Shown here piece by piece: positions 21,292-30,645 of a DNA stretch of 64,000 bases. The translations under genes were made by a program, and so were the position numbers. The DNA lies in NCBI GenBank assembly GCA_028712505.1, contig JAQTQC010000001.1:13635-77634 (forward strand), in the 5' to 3' direction. A model generated the notes under the pieces. The model saw nothing but the letters and a program-made list of their open reading frames with translations. It made no database searches and was not told where the DNA came from. The stretch is from Candidatus Omnitrophota bacterium. GTDB taxonomy: Bacteria; Omnitrophota; Gorgyraeia; Gygaellales; Profunditerraquicolaceae. Every line of letters starts with the position of its first letter. Position 1 is the stretch's first letter.

Positions 21292-22605
21292 TTACCCTTT
21301 GCCGCGTATTTTCTCCAGACGCTCTTTAATTTTAGCCTCATGACCTATATCCGTAGGCTCATAGTAACGCACCTTTTTACGTGTATATTTTTGTTTCACA
21401 AAATGATCCGGATAGTCATGTGCGTATTTATACCCTAGACCATGTCCTAATTTTTCTGCGCCGCTGTAACTAGCATCCTTTAAATGGTCCGGAACCTCTT
21501 GAACTTTATTTTCTTTAATATCCTGGCTGGCCTTTTCAATCGCTAGATAGCTTGCGTTGGATTTAGGGGCACAGGAAACATATATTACTGCCTGAGCCAA
21601 AGGGATTCTGGCTTCTGGCATACCCACAAACTCAGAAATCTGTAAAGCTGCATTGGCCAAAACTAACGATAGAGGATCAGCATTTCCCACATCTTCGGCG
21701 GCCAGGATACAAACCCTGCGGGCGATAAAACGCGGATCTTCTCCGGCGTAAAGCATTTTAGCCATCCAATAAATCGCCGCATCCGGGTCAGTTCCGCGCA
21801 TAGACTTAATAAACGCCGAAGCAGTATCATAATGCCCATCTTCATCGCGGTCGTAAACAACTGCCTTCTTCTGTATAGACTCCTGGGCAATCTCCAGACT
21901 GAAATTAATCTGGCCATCTTTACCTGCTGCGGTAGTCAAGACCCCTAATTCTAAAGCTGCCAGAGCCCTGCGGGCGTCACCTTCGCAACTCTTAGCTAAA
22001 AAATTAAGCGCCTTTTTATCAGCCTTGATTTTAAAACTTCCCAAACCCCTGTCTTTATCCTTTAAAGCATTATTTATTATACTTAATAAATCCGTTATTT
22101 GAAGCGCTTTCAGTTCACAAACAATCGAACGGGAAAGCAGCGCCGAGGTGAGCGAAAAATAAGGATTATGCACTGTCGCCCCGATTAAAACTATAGCTCC
22201 TTCTTCAACATCCGGCAGAAGTACATCCTGCTGAGCTTTATTGAAACGGTGGATTTCGTCGATAAACAGGATAGTTTTTTGTTTTTGGCCTGTTGATCGT
22301 AATTTAGAGGCAGCGATTATTTTCCGTAATTCTTCAACATTTGAAGTGGTAGCGTTTATCGCCACATAATTTGCCTGGGTAATATTTGCAATACACCAGG
22401 CAAGAGAGGTTTTCCCGCATCCAGGAGGGCCAAAAAGAATAAGCGAACTTAACCGGTCAGCTTCAATAGCGCGGCGTAATAATTTCCCTTTGCCCAATAT
22501 ATGCTCCTGGCCAGTCAATTCATTGAGGTTGGCTGGCCGCATACGTACGGCTAAAGGCAGATTTTTATCCTGGGTGTTTAATTTTTGGGGGGAGAATAGA
22601 TCCAT
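21292..22605 (-). CDS. rarA: replication-associated recombination protein A (AAA+ ATPase)
   Basis: Walker A 'LFGPPGCGKTSLA' and the RarA/MgsA C-terminal domain. 437 aa. Confidence 0.9.
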   Translation of the reverse strand: MDLFSPQKLNTQDKNLPLAVRMRPANLNELTGQEHILGKGKLLRRAIEADRLSSLILFGPPGCGKTSLAWCIANITQANYVAINATTSNVEELRKIIAASKLRSTGQKQKTILFIDEIHRFNKAQQDVLLPDVEEGAIVLIGATVHNPYFSLTSALLSRSIVCELKALQITDLLSIINNALKDKDRGLGSFKIKADKKALNFLAKSCEGDARRALAALELGVLTTAAGKDGQINFSLEIAQESIQKKAVVYDRDEDGHYDTASAFIKSMRGTDPDAAIYWMAKMLYAGEDPRFIARRVCILAAEDVGNADPLSLVLANAALQISEFVGMPEARIPLAQAVIYVSCAPKSNASYLAIEKASQDIKENKVQEVPDHLKDASYSGAEKLGHGLGYKYAHDYPDHFVKQKYTRKKVRYYEPTDIGHEAKIKERLEKIRGKG

Positions 22606-22954
22606 AGGTTATTTACCCCGCTGCTTCGCAATATTCCGCAAGAAGCGGGATTATTTCGCGGACGCTTAACGCTATAACTTATATTATCGCTCCATAAGTT
22701 ATCCACTCAATAAAAAATCCCCGCAGAAGTGCCGTTGGATAGATAGTTTGAACCGTTTGCTTTCAGGTGGGAGCCTCTCTTTAAGCACGTATGCTTAAAA
22801 GAAGTATTGGCTCCCTTGAAAAAAGTGTTGGTTCAATAATTATCAAATTTCCAACGCGCACCGCAGGGATATCTAAAAGAACTGTTGATTCTAAAAGAAG
22901 TATAGCACATATCTATGGTTAAAATCAATCCCGGATGCGCTTTTGCTGATTTCC

Positions 22955-25042
22955 CTAACGTAATTTTATACCAAAACGTTCTTCCAACAAAGCGCAGATG
23001 GCATTATGCAGAGGGGCTATCTCTTCTTCGGTCAATGTGCGCTCCGGAGCCCTATAGGTACAAGATACAGTTAGGCCCCTAAACCCTGAAGGAATCTGTT
23101 TACCCTGATAATAATCCACAACTTTTGCCGAGAATAATAACGGGGCGCCTTTGGCCTCTATCGCCATAAGCAATTCTCTTATAGAAACATCTTCCCTGAC
23201 CACAAAACTTATATCCCTGGTAATTGCCGGATATTTAGGAATAGCCGTAAATTTTTTTGTCAGGTTTATCTGGGAAAGTAATTTCACCAGGTTTATTTCA
23301 CCCAGAACAACTTGCTTATTCTTAATATCAAAGGAGTTTAATATTTGCTCACTTGGACTCACTATAAAACCTATTTCCTGCTGGTCAATAATGATACTTG
23401 CCTGATTTCCCCCTCGAGGAGAAAAATCATAATTCTTAACCCCAAGTTTATTAAGTAAGCTTTCCAGAATACCCTTTAGGTGTAAAATAGTAACCTCATC
23501 TCTAACTAAACCCTGTTTAATAAAAAATGGCCGGGCCCCGCATAAAGCTATCCCCAAAGATAATTCTTCTTGTACAGAGGGGCGCACCGACTCATTAGTC
23601 ATAGTCGAATGTTGTGCAGAACCAGGTTTAGCAGAAAATACATTCGCTACTTCAAAAATATTTACATATTCCTGCTGCTGATTCAAATTATATGCCAGAG
23701 TACGGATAAGGCTGGGCAAAAGTGAGAAACGCAAAACCTCCTGTTCTTTGCTCAAAGGGTTTAGAATTTCAACCGGCGGGATATCTTTCTTGATCCCGGA
23801 TTTTGCCAAGAGGAGACGGTCAACCAAACTATAGGTAATCGCCTCCTGCAAACCTAGCCCCTGCAGGATAATCTTTATGTCTGAGACAACTTCCCGGCTA
23901 GTGGGAATAATCTTGTGCGGTTTTACTGCAGGCAGAGAAAGTGGAATTTTCTCATATCCATAAATACGGGCGACCTCTTCCACTAAATCTATCTGAGTTT
24001 TTACATCCTGGCGAAAACTGGGAATCTTAACCGTTAAAACATTCTTACCCCGGACCTTTACGGTAAAACCTAATCCGGATAAAATTTGTTTAACTTTCAA
24101 AACCGATAGACTTACCCCCAACACCCTGGATAGATAATCCATCTCCAGGTTGATTACTGATTTGATTGGCCTGATTGACCCAAGGTGTTTATAGGCATCG
24201 GGTTTTCCAAAAGCTAAAGCGCTAATTAATTTCAACGCGGAGAAAGTGGCGTTCTGGGCATTTTCCAAATCCACTCCTCTTTCAAATCTATATGCTGATT
24301 CAGACTGCAGACCTAATTTCTGCCTGCCCCGGCGCACAACGATAGGATTAAATACCGCAGATTCAAGCAGGATATTACAGGTGGCCTCAGTTACCTCTGT
24401 ATTTTTCCCTCCCATAACCCCGGCTATAGCCACAGCCCTATTTTTATCCGCAATAACTAAAATCTCATTATCCAATATTTTTTGCTGTCCATCAATAATA
24501 GTTATACTTTCATTTGGCCTGCCCCGGCGCACATAAATAGCCTGCTGGCTTAATTTATCCAAATCAAAGGCATGCAATGGCTGGCCAGACTCAAATAAAA
24601 CATAGTTAGTAATATCCACAATATTATTTACACTGCGGCAGCCCAGCGCTTCCAGCCTTTTCTTGAGCCACTCAGGCGAAGGAGCAACCTTAACACCACG
24701 AATTATCATTGCGCTATAGAAAGGGCAATCCGTGCTCTCAGCCACCAAAATCTCTATAGGCTTAAGGCCTTTAAATTTCACCTTCGGAGTCTTGGCTGAT
24801 TTGAGCTTGGAACCGGTAATTGCACTTATCTCTCTGGCCACTCCCAAGATACTTAACCAATCAGGCCGGTTGGAAGTAATTTCGATCTCAAAGACAAAGT
24901 CCCTGCCTGACGGACTAACAGACTTTTCCAACTCCTCCAGAGAAACTACCTCTAACCCCGCTATGGTTAATTTATCTGCTAATTCCCTAGGGGATATTTT
25001 TATATCTATAAAATCTTTTAACCAGCTGTAAGTTACCTTCAC
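22955..25042 (-). CDS. pheT: phenylalanine--tRNA ligase beta subunit
   Basis: N-terminus 'MKVTYSWLKDFIDIKISPRELADKLTIAGLEVVSLEE' plus B3/4, B5 and FDX-ACB regions. Shorter (695 aa) than the typical ~800 aa. Downstream of pheS. Confidence 0.9.
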   Translation of the reverse strand: MKVTYSWLKDFIDIKISPRELADKLTIAGLEVVSLEELEKSVSPSGRDFVFEIEITSNRPDWLSILGVAREISAITGSKLKSAKTPKVKFKGLKPIEILVAESTDCPFYSAMIIRGVKVAPSPEWLKKRLEALGCRSVNNIVDITNYVLFESGQPLHAFDLDKLSQQAIYVRRGRPNESITIIDGQQKILDNEILVIADKNRAVAIAGVMGGKNTEVTEATCNILLESAVFNPIVVRRGRQKLGLQSESAYRFERGVDLENAQNATFSALKLISALAFGKPDAYKHLGSIRPIKSVINLEMDYLSRVLGVSLSVLKVKQILSGLGFTVKVRGKNVLTVKIPSFRQDVKTQIDLVEEVARIYGYEKIPLSLPAVKPHKIIPTSREVVSDIKIILQGLGLQEAITYSLVDRLLLAKSGIKKDIPPVEILNPLSKEQEVLRFSLLPSLIRTLAYNLNQQQEYVNIFEVANVFSAKPGSAQHSTMTNESVRPSVQEELSLGIALCGARPFFIKQGLVRDEVTILHLKGILESLLNKLGVKNYDFSPRGGNQASIIIDQQEIGFIVSPSEQILNSFDIKNKQVVLGEINLVKLLSQINLTKKFTAIPKYPAITRDISFVVREDVSIRELLMAIEAKGAPLLFSAKVVDYYQGKQIPSGFRGLTVSCTYRAPERTLTEEEIAPLHNAICALLEERFGIKLR

Positions 25043-25067
25043 CTTACTATAAACCTCCGTCTAAAAT

Positions 25068-26081
25068 TTAAAACTGTTTCAAAAATCTCAGGTCATTCTC
25101 AAAAAACAAGCGAATGTCATTAATCCCGTATTTTAACATGGCAATCCTCTCCACCCCCATACCAAAGGCAAAACCCGTGTATTTCCCGGGCTTATAACCA
25201 ACTTGTTTAAAAACATTGGGATGGACCATGCCAGAACCTAAAATCTCAAGCCAGCCTTTCCTGCCGCAGACAGAACAGCCTTTGCCCTTACAAATGATAC
25301 AAGAGATATCTACTTCTGCCGAAGGTTCAGTAAATGGGAAGAAGTGGGGCCGGAAACGCATTTTGATATCCTCCCCAAAAACACTTTTTATGAAAAGCCC
25401 TAAGATACCTTTTAAATCCGCGAAACTGATGTTTTCGTCCACTAAAACACCTTCGATCTGATGAAACATAAAAAGGTGGCTGGCATCCACGGCATCCGGC
25501 CGATATACCCGGCCCGGAACAACTATCGCCAATGGCGGCTTATATGCCTTCATCGCGCGTACCTGCACCGGAGAGGTATGGCTGCGCAATAAAAGTTTGG
25601 GGTAATTCTTTAAATAAAATGTGTCGAATGCATCACGCGAAGGATGATCCAGGGGAATATTTAAACCTGTAAAATTATTATACTCTGTCTCGATTTCAGG
25701 CCCTTCGACAATTGAAAAACCCATACGGTTAAATATTCCGCATATCTCGTCAATCACCTGGATGATCGGATGGCTGCTCCCTAATTCCTGGGCGATCCCG
25801 GGCAAACCGATATCCTGTCTATTTTTATCTACAGTACCACCTTGGGTTTTCAGGGTCTTTTCTTTTTCTTGAAAAAACTCAAGTAGTTTATTCTTTAAAG
25901 AATTTACTTGTTTCCCAAATAGACCTCTTTCTTCTGCCGGTAAAGTCCCGATCAAACCAGTCAATTCCGCAAGCACCCCTTTTCTGCCCAAATATTTAAC
26001 CCGCACTGATTCCAATTCGGAAGCAGAAGAAACCGTATTTAAATCGTTTTCTACTTGTGTCTGAATAAGGTTAATATCCAT
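25068..26081 (-). CDS. pheS: phenylalanine--tRNA ligase alpha subunit
   Basis: Class II aaRS motifs ('FRPHFFPFTEPSAEVDI', 'GWLEILGSGMVHPNV'). 337 aa. Confidence 0.92.
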   Translation of the reverse strand: MDINLIQTQVENDLNTVSSASELESVRVKYLGRKGVLAELTGLIGTLPAEERGLFGKQVNSLKNKLLEFFQEKEKTLKTQGGTVDKNRQDIGLPGIAQELGSSHPIIQVIDEICGIFNRMGFSIVEGPEIETEYNNFTGLNIPLDHPSRDAFDTFYLKNYPKLLLRSHTSPVQVRAMKAYKPPLAIVVPGRVYRPDAVDASHLFMFHQIEGVLVDENISFADLKGILGLFIKSVFGEDIKMRFRPHFFPFTEPSAEVDISCIICKGKGCSVCGRKGWLEILGSGMVHPNVFKQVGYKPGKYTGFAFGMGVERIAMLKYGINDIRLFFENDLRFLKQF

Positions 26082-26542
26082 ATTAAAAACAGAGCTCCAA
26101 ATAAAATAAGGCTTAAATTCTTTTTACCGGGGTGTAAAATTCGGTTAATTCTCATGCCCGGACTGATCTTGCGCAACTTCTGAACGTGAATATCCAGATC
26201 TCCACCATGTTCAAGGCAGGCGCGATTAAACCTCCCTGTTACTTCCAATCTGTCCCCCTGAGTTTCATAGCTACCGGTAAATTTTATTTCTCTTGCCAGA
26301 GAAGCGCTCATCCATACCCCTAAGGAATTTTCCCCGTCATTAATATTGACCCAGGCAAATTCACCCCGTATCATTACATCCCCAATCGCCTCACCGGTGA
26401 AAGTTACTGTCTTAGTGTCATATTCCTTGGCGCCTTTAATCAATTCAGAGCTGCTTATGCCTTGGGAAAAAACCGGGGATCCTAGATAGCCAATTAGGAT
26501 AAGGAATAAGATTATCGGACATATTTTATAATTAATCTTCAT
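26051..26542 (-). CDS. hypothetical exported/membrane-anchored protein
   Basis: 163 aa with an N-terminal signal sequence and a C-terminal hydrophobic helix ('LSLILFGALFLIWILTLF'). Overlaps the pheS start by ~30 nt. No recognisable family. Confidence 0.45.
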   Translation of the reverse strand: MKINYKICPIILFLILIGYLGSPVFSQGISSSELIKGAKEYDTKTVTFTGEAIGDVMIRGEFAWVNINDGENSLGVWMSASLAREIKFTGSYETQGDRLEVTGRFNRACLEHGGDLDIHVQKLRKISPGMRINRILHPGKKNLSLILFGALFLIWILTLFRHK

Positions 26543-28041
26543 TTTCCTTTAATTACAGCGATCAAAAAACCAAGAATCGTAAATACTGACATAAATTCCA
26601 AGCGTCCGGCCCACATCTGTATCATATAAGTAACTTTAAGCCCCGCAGGCATAGCGATATTAGTAATCCCGCAGGATAAGCCGACGTTAGCTGCCGCGGA
26701 AGTGGACTCAAAAAGCGCATTTAAAAAAGGGTGGCCGTAAAACATTCCCACCAATGCGCCCAATAAATATAAGATTATATAGGCCAAGGTAATAATTAAG
26801 GCGCTTCTTGCCAACTTGTCCTCTACAAATACATCTTTGATATGATGGAATTTTTCAACGACCAAAGCCCTCTCAGGCATAATGATTTTTTTCAGATCTT
26901 CTTTAAAAGCTTTAAAAATAATCCCGATACGCAACATTTTAATCGCCCCGGTAGTAGAACATACTGCCCCACCTAAAGCCATGGCTATCATTAAGCCCAC
27001 TAATGCCAAATTATTCCAATCCGCAAGAAATTGCTGGGGATAAACAGTCTGAAAACCTGTACCGGTGTGCCCGGAAATAAGCTGATAAAATCCTTTTCTA
27101 AAAAGCAATACTGCCGAAGGATAACTTTGGATCTGGACCAAACCAACAGCAACGATACAAAAGGTTGCGATAATTGTACCAAAAAGCGTATTGGTTTCAA
27201 TATTCCTGAATATCTCCTTGCGGTTGCCCATCCATAAATGATAATGCAATTTAAAATTAAGGGCCCCCAGAACCATAATAATAATAGTGATAACTTCATA
27301 TATTAGACTATGATAATAAAGGATGCTTTGCGATTGCGGGCTGAACCCCCCGGTATCAAATGCCGCCATGAATATGCAGGCACCGTGAAAAAAAGAATTA
27401 AGCGGCTTCATGCCGTTAAAAATCCCGGTTATACCCAAAGCAAGAGTGCCTAAAGCCATATACACAAAACTTACTGACCAGATAAATCTGGAGGTATGCA
27501 CTACATTCGGAAGAATTTTTTCATCCCGCGCTTCCCCGACATACATTTTGAATGCCCCAGAAAACCCACGCACGAAAAATGAAAGCACAATAACTATAAT
27601 TCCCTGGCCTCCGAGGAACATAATCAGATGCCGCCAAAGATTATGTGTATAGGATAAATGATCCAGGTCTTGCACTAAAGTCAAGCCGGTGGTAGCAAAT
27701 CCGGACATAGCATCAAAACATGCGTCGAGAAAAGACTTCCAATGCCCGCTTAAATACAGGGGAATAGCCCCCAACAACATTGCCACAACCCAGGATAGGC
27801 TGACCACAATCATCCCCTGCATCCAGTTTAAATCTTTTTCAGTATGGCAGACTTTAAGCAGGATTAGACCTAATAAAACGGATATTTCAATACCAAGCAG
27901 GAAATCCAACGCGGGGTTAAATTCTCGGAATAGCAATCCCGTTAAAATCGGGATGGCCATAGTAAAGGCCAACCCCAGGATCACCTTCCCGAGATAAAAA
28001 CCAATAATCTTTAGATCTTCCAGGCGAGGCTTAAGGATCAT
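26539..28041 (-). CDS. trkH: potassium uptake protein, TrkH/KtrB family membrane subunit
   Basis: 500 aa, polytopic, with TrkH-like repeated M1-P-M2 segments including a GGxG-type selectivity-filter motif (GTGF). Adjacent to two TrkA-type RCK genes. Confidence 0.85.
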   Translation of the reverse strand: MILKPRLEDLKIIGFYLGKVILGLAFTMAIPILTGLLFREFNPALDFLLGIEISVLLGLILLKVCHTEKDLNWMQGMIVVSLSWVVAMLLGAIPLYLSGHWKSFLDACFDAMSGFATTGLTLVQDLDHLSYTHNLWRHLIMFLGGQGIIVIVLSFFVRGFSGAFKMYVGEARDEKILPNVVHTSRFIWSVSFVYMALGTLALGITGIFNGMKPLNSFFHGACIFMAAFDTGGFSPQSQSILYYHSLIYEVITIIIMVLGALNFKLHYHLWMGNRKEIFRNIETNTLFGTIIATFCIVAVGLVQIQSYPSAVLLFRKGFYQLISGHTGTGFQTVYPQQFLADWNNLALVGLMIAMALGGAVCSTTGAIKMLRIGIIFKAFKEDLKKIIMPERALVVEKFHHIKDVFVEDKLARSALIITLAYIILYLLGALVGMFYGHPFLNALFESTSAAANVGLSCGITNIAMPAGLKVTYMIQMWAGRLEFMSVFTILGFLIAVIKGK

Positions 28042-28154
28042 AATTTAAAATATATAACCAGGCAGATTAATAAAACTGCCAGCATGATAGAAAAAACGTA
28101 TAGAAGTTCGGTAGCAATACCGAAGACAATATTTAGAGAGGACTTAAATCTCAT
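28038..28154 (-). CDS. 38-aa hydrophobic small protein (MRFKSSLNIVFGIATELLYVFSIMLAVLLICLVIYFKL), translationally coupled between trkA and trkH
   Basis: ATG directly follows the trkA TAG stop. Its TGA stop overlaps the trkH ATG (ATGA). GGAAAG lies 8 nt upstream. It encodes a single predicted TM helix. Not in the ORF track because it is <60 aa. Confidence 0.45.
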   Translation of the reverse strand: MRFKSSLNIVFGIATELLYVFSIMLAVLLICLVIYFKL

Positions 28155-28817
28155 CTAATACTTTCCGGCTAAAAGATTTAATAGTTGAGGTTCATTACCG
28201 ATTAAAGTAAGCGCGATTACATCATCCCCGGGCTTAAGCATTGTGTTGCCCTTGGGCAAGATTACCTCTTCTCCGCGGACAATAGAAACCAATACCGCAT
28301 CCTGCGGCAAGGTGATGTCTTTGACTTCTTTATTAATTACCGGTGAATCGCTGGGCAGGTCTACGCGCACTATAGCAAGCTTGCCGCGCTTAAAACTCAT
28401 TAAGTTCACAAAGTCTGAAAAGGATACCTCCTCTTCAATAACTTTAGCAATAATCTTTGTGGAATCTACCGGGACATCGATTCCCAATTCATTAAAGGTA
28501 TGCTCGTTATCCGGGTTATTCACGCGGCCGACCGTACGCTGAAGATTGAATTTTTCTTTTGCTAGCTGACAAACAATCAGGTTATCTTCATCGTCCCCAG
28601 TAACCGCCGCCAATACATCCGCGCGCTCGATCCCGGCCTCTTCCAGTATCTTGGGATCACAACCATCCCCATTAACCACCAGAGCTTCTAGCTCCTTGGC
28701 AATCTCATCACAAATCAGGCGGTCTTTGTCGACTATACTTACGGTATGTTTGCCCTGACAAAGCCTTTTGGCTAAAAAATACCCGACCTTACCGGCGCCG
28801 ATAATTAAGATATACAT
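28155..28817 (-). CDS. trkA: Trk/Ktr system NAD-binding RCK subunit (TrkA/KtrA-like, half-size)
   Basis: 'MYILIIGAGKVGYFLAKRL' Rossmann motif (TrkA_N) plus a TrkA_C domain. 220 aa. Confidence 0.85.
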   Translation of the reverse strand: MYILIIGAGKVGYFLAKRLCQGKHTVSIVDKDRLICDEIAKELEALVVNGDGCDPKILEEAGIERADVLAAVTGDDEDNLIVCQLAKEKFNLQRTVGRVNNPDNEHTFNELGIDVPVDSTKIIAKVIEEEVSFSDFVNLMSFKRGKLAIVRVDLPSDSPVINKEVKDITLPQDAVLVSIVRGEEVILPKGNTMLKPGDDVIALTLIGNEPQLLNLLAGKY

Positions 28818-28819
28818 AC

Positions 28820-29473
28820 TTATTTTTCTCCTAAATGGAACTTTTCCCGAACCTCTTTAAGGCTGGAAACCTTCACTACGCCCATTAAGGTATCTTTGTT
28901 CTTTAAAACAGTTTTTAGATCAGGAATAATAACCCCCTGCATCCTTCTAATAGCCGTAACTATAAATTCCCCGGAGATATTTATATCCTGAATGGTTTTA
29001 CCAACCAGGTTATCTTTTACCTCGATCTCAATAATCCCCAGATCCTTCGATTCAATCAGATAGCTAGAAAACCTGCTTTCGATTATCTTATCCCTTAACA
29101 TCGAGGAAAAAAGCATTGTCCCGCTGATAATATCAAGGCCAAGGGCTGCGTAAATATGCGCCCGCTGCGGATCATATACGCGGGCAAATACTTTGGGCAC
29201 GCGGAATATTTTCTTGGCAACCTGGGCACTGATTAAGTTGGTATTATCCCCGTTGGTTACCGAGCAGAAAGCATCCGCTTTCTCAATACCCACCTGTTTA
29301 AGAAGCGCCAGGTCAAAACCATTGCCTACCATGGTCAAACCATTGAAAGTATCTCCAAGACGAGAAAAAGATTCCCGCGATTTATCAATAATCACTACAT
29401 CGTGGCCTTCTCCCGATAAAAGCTTGGCCAGCTCCGCCCCTACTCTTCCGCAGCCTGCGATAATTACATACAT
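28820..29473 (-). CDS. trkA: Trk/Ktr system NAD-binding RCK subunit (second TrkA/KtrA-like paralog)
   Basis: 'MYVIIAGCGRVGAELAKLL' Rossmann motif. 217 aa. Tandem with the previous gene. Confidence 0.85.
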   Translation of the reverse strand: MYVIIAGCGRVGAELAKLLSGEGHDVVIIDKSRESFSRLGDTFNGLTMVGNGFDLALLKQVGIEKADAFCSVTNGDNTNLISAQVAKKIFRVPKVFARVYDPQRAHIYAALGLDIISGTMLFSSMLRDKIIESRFSSYLIESKDLGIIEIEVKDNLVGKTIQDINISGEFIVTAIRRMQGVIIPDLKTVLKNKDTLMGVVKVSSLKEVREKFHLGEK

Positions 29474-29496
29474 AAAGAGCCCCTTACTTTAAAACC

Positions 29497-29844
29497 CTAC
29501 TTCTTGATTATCTCAACTATCTTTTTAAAAGCGGGATTATCCCTAACCGCCAGATCCGCCAGAATCTTACGGTCCAGGTTGATCTTGGATTTCTTCAAAC
29601 CGCTGATAAAAACACTATAAGTAATCCCTTCCTGCCGGCAAGCCGCATTAATCCGGGTAATCCAAAGTTTACGGAATTCACGCTTCTTGTTTCTGCGGTC
29701 ACGATAGGCATATTCAAGCGCATGCATCAATACCCTTTTTGCCTGCTGGTATTGTTTGCTGCGGTCTCCCCAAAACCCTTTAGCCTGCTTTAAAACCTTC
29801 TTCTTCCTCTTACGAGTTGCTACGCTGTGACTAGCCTTTGCCAT
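29497..29844 (-). CDS. rplT: 50S ribosomal protein L20
   Basis: '[58 protein letters not shown]' is the bL20 signature. Confidence 0.95.
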   Translation of the reverse strand: MAKASHSVATRKRKKKVLKQAKGFWGDRSKQYQQAKRVLMHALEYAYRDRRNKKREFRKLWITRINAACRQEGITYSVFISGLKKSKINLDRKILADLAVRDNPAFKKIVEIIKK

Positions 29845-29868
29845 TTTTTTCTCCTTTAGAACATTACC

Positions 29869-30069
29869 TTAACCATAAGGTAACATCGATTTGATAAATC
29901 TTACTTCTTTTTTACCAGCCAGGGTTTTGCGTTTTCTTAAATTCCTGATTTTGCTGGTTTTTTTAGATGACGCTAAGTGGCTTTTTCCACCTGCCGAATA
30001 TTTTACTTTGCCTTTTTTAGTAAGCTTAAAACGCTTAGCTACCCCTCTTTTCGTCTTTAACTTTCCCAT
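29869..30069 (-). CDS. rpmI: 50S ribosomal protein L35
   Basis: 'MGKLKTKRGVAKRFKLTKKGKVKYSAGGKSHLASSKKTSKIRNLRK' matches bL35. Start taken at the internal Met of the 74-aa ORF. Confidence 0.9.
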   Translation of the reverse strand: MGKLKTKRGVAKRFKLTKKGKVKYSAGGKSHLASSKKTSKIRNLRKRKTLAGKKEVRFIKSMLPYG

Positions 30070-30121
30070 TTTTTCTCCTCTTGTGCAAACCACACCAGCA
30101 CAATACTTATATTATTATAGC

Positions 30122-30637
30122 TTATTTTGGCGCAATCACAAAAGACATAATTCTGCCTTCTAGTGACGGCGCTTTTTCTACCTGACCTTCGCTCTGTGCA
30201 TCAATGATAAATTTATCTAAAACTTTCCTTCCTAAATCTAAATGCTCCATCTGCCTGCCGCGGAAGAAAAGATTCACCTTAACTTTATCTTTTTTCTTTA
30301 AAAAACTTACAGCCTGTTTAACTTTGGTTTCAAAATCATGCTCATCTATGTTCGGTTTAAGGCGGATTTCTTTAAGCCGACCCTGCTTCTGGTGTTTTTT
30401 GGCTTCGCGCTCTTTTTTTTCAATATCGTATTTAAATTTGCTGAATTCGATAATCCGGCAAACCGGCGGGGTAGCCGCCGAGGCAACCTCTACTAAATCC
30501 AGCTCATGTTGATTGGCAATCTCCAAAGCCCTTTGTACAGACATGACCCCTAATTGGCTGCCATCATGGCCAATAACCCTAACCTGTGGCGAGCTGATCC
30601 TCTCGTTTATGCGAATAAACTTTTTTATAGCAACCAC
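30122..30637 (-). CDS. infC: translation initiation factor IF-3
   Basis: '...ELDLVEVASAATPPVCRIIEFSKFKYD...KEIRLKPNIDEHDFETKVKQAVSFLKKKDKVKVNLFFRGRQMEHLDLG' matches IF3 N- and C-domains. In the infC-rpmI-rplT operon order. Confidence 0.92.
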   Translation of the reverse strand: MVAIKKFIRINERISSPQVRVIGHDGSQLGVMSVQRALEIANQHELDLVEVASAATPPVCRIIEFSKFKYDIEKKEREAKKHQKQGRLKEIRLKPNIDEHDFETKVKQAVSFLKKKDKVKVNLFFRGRQMEHLDLGRKVLDKFIIDAQSEGQVEKAPSLEGRIMSFVIAPK

Positions 30638-30645
30638 CTCTCTTT

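Noticed and set aside
421-29492. Numerous 60-250-aa ORFs in the six-frame track on the strand opposite to the long genes (for example 421-654+, 2042-2563+, 8648-9415+, 20678-21235+, 24246-24536+, 47176-47451-, 48804-49274-).
   Set aside because: They lie entirely inside well-supported conserved genes on the other strand and have low-complexity or atypical composition (for example the Ser/Leu/Phe-rich 8648-9415 and 20678-21235). No RBS or homology support, so they are treated as shadow ORFs.
30122-30637. Checked for an unusual start codon or frameshift in infC.
   Set aside because: The ORF as given already contains the complete IF3 N- and C-domains. Whether translation initiates at a non-ATG codon cannot be decided from sequence alone.
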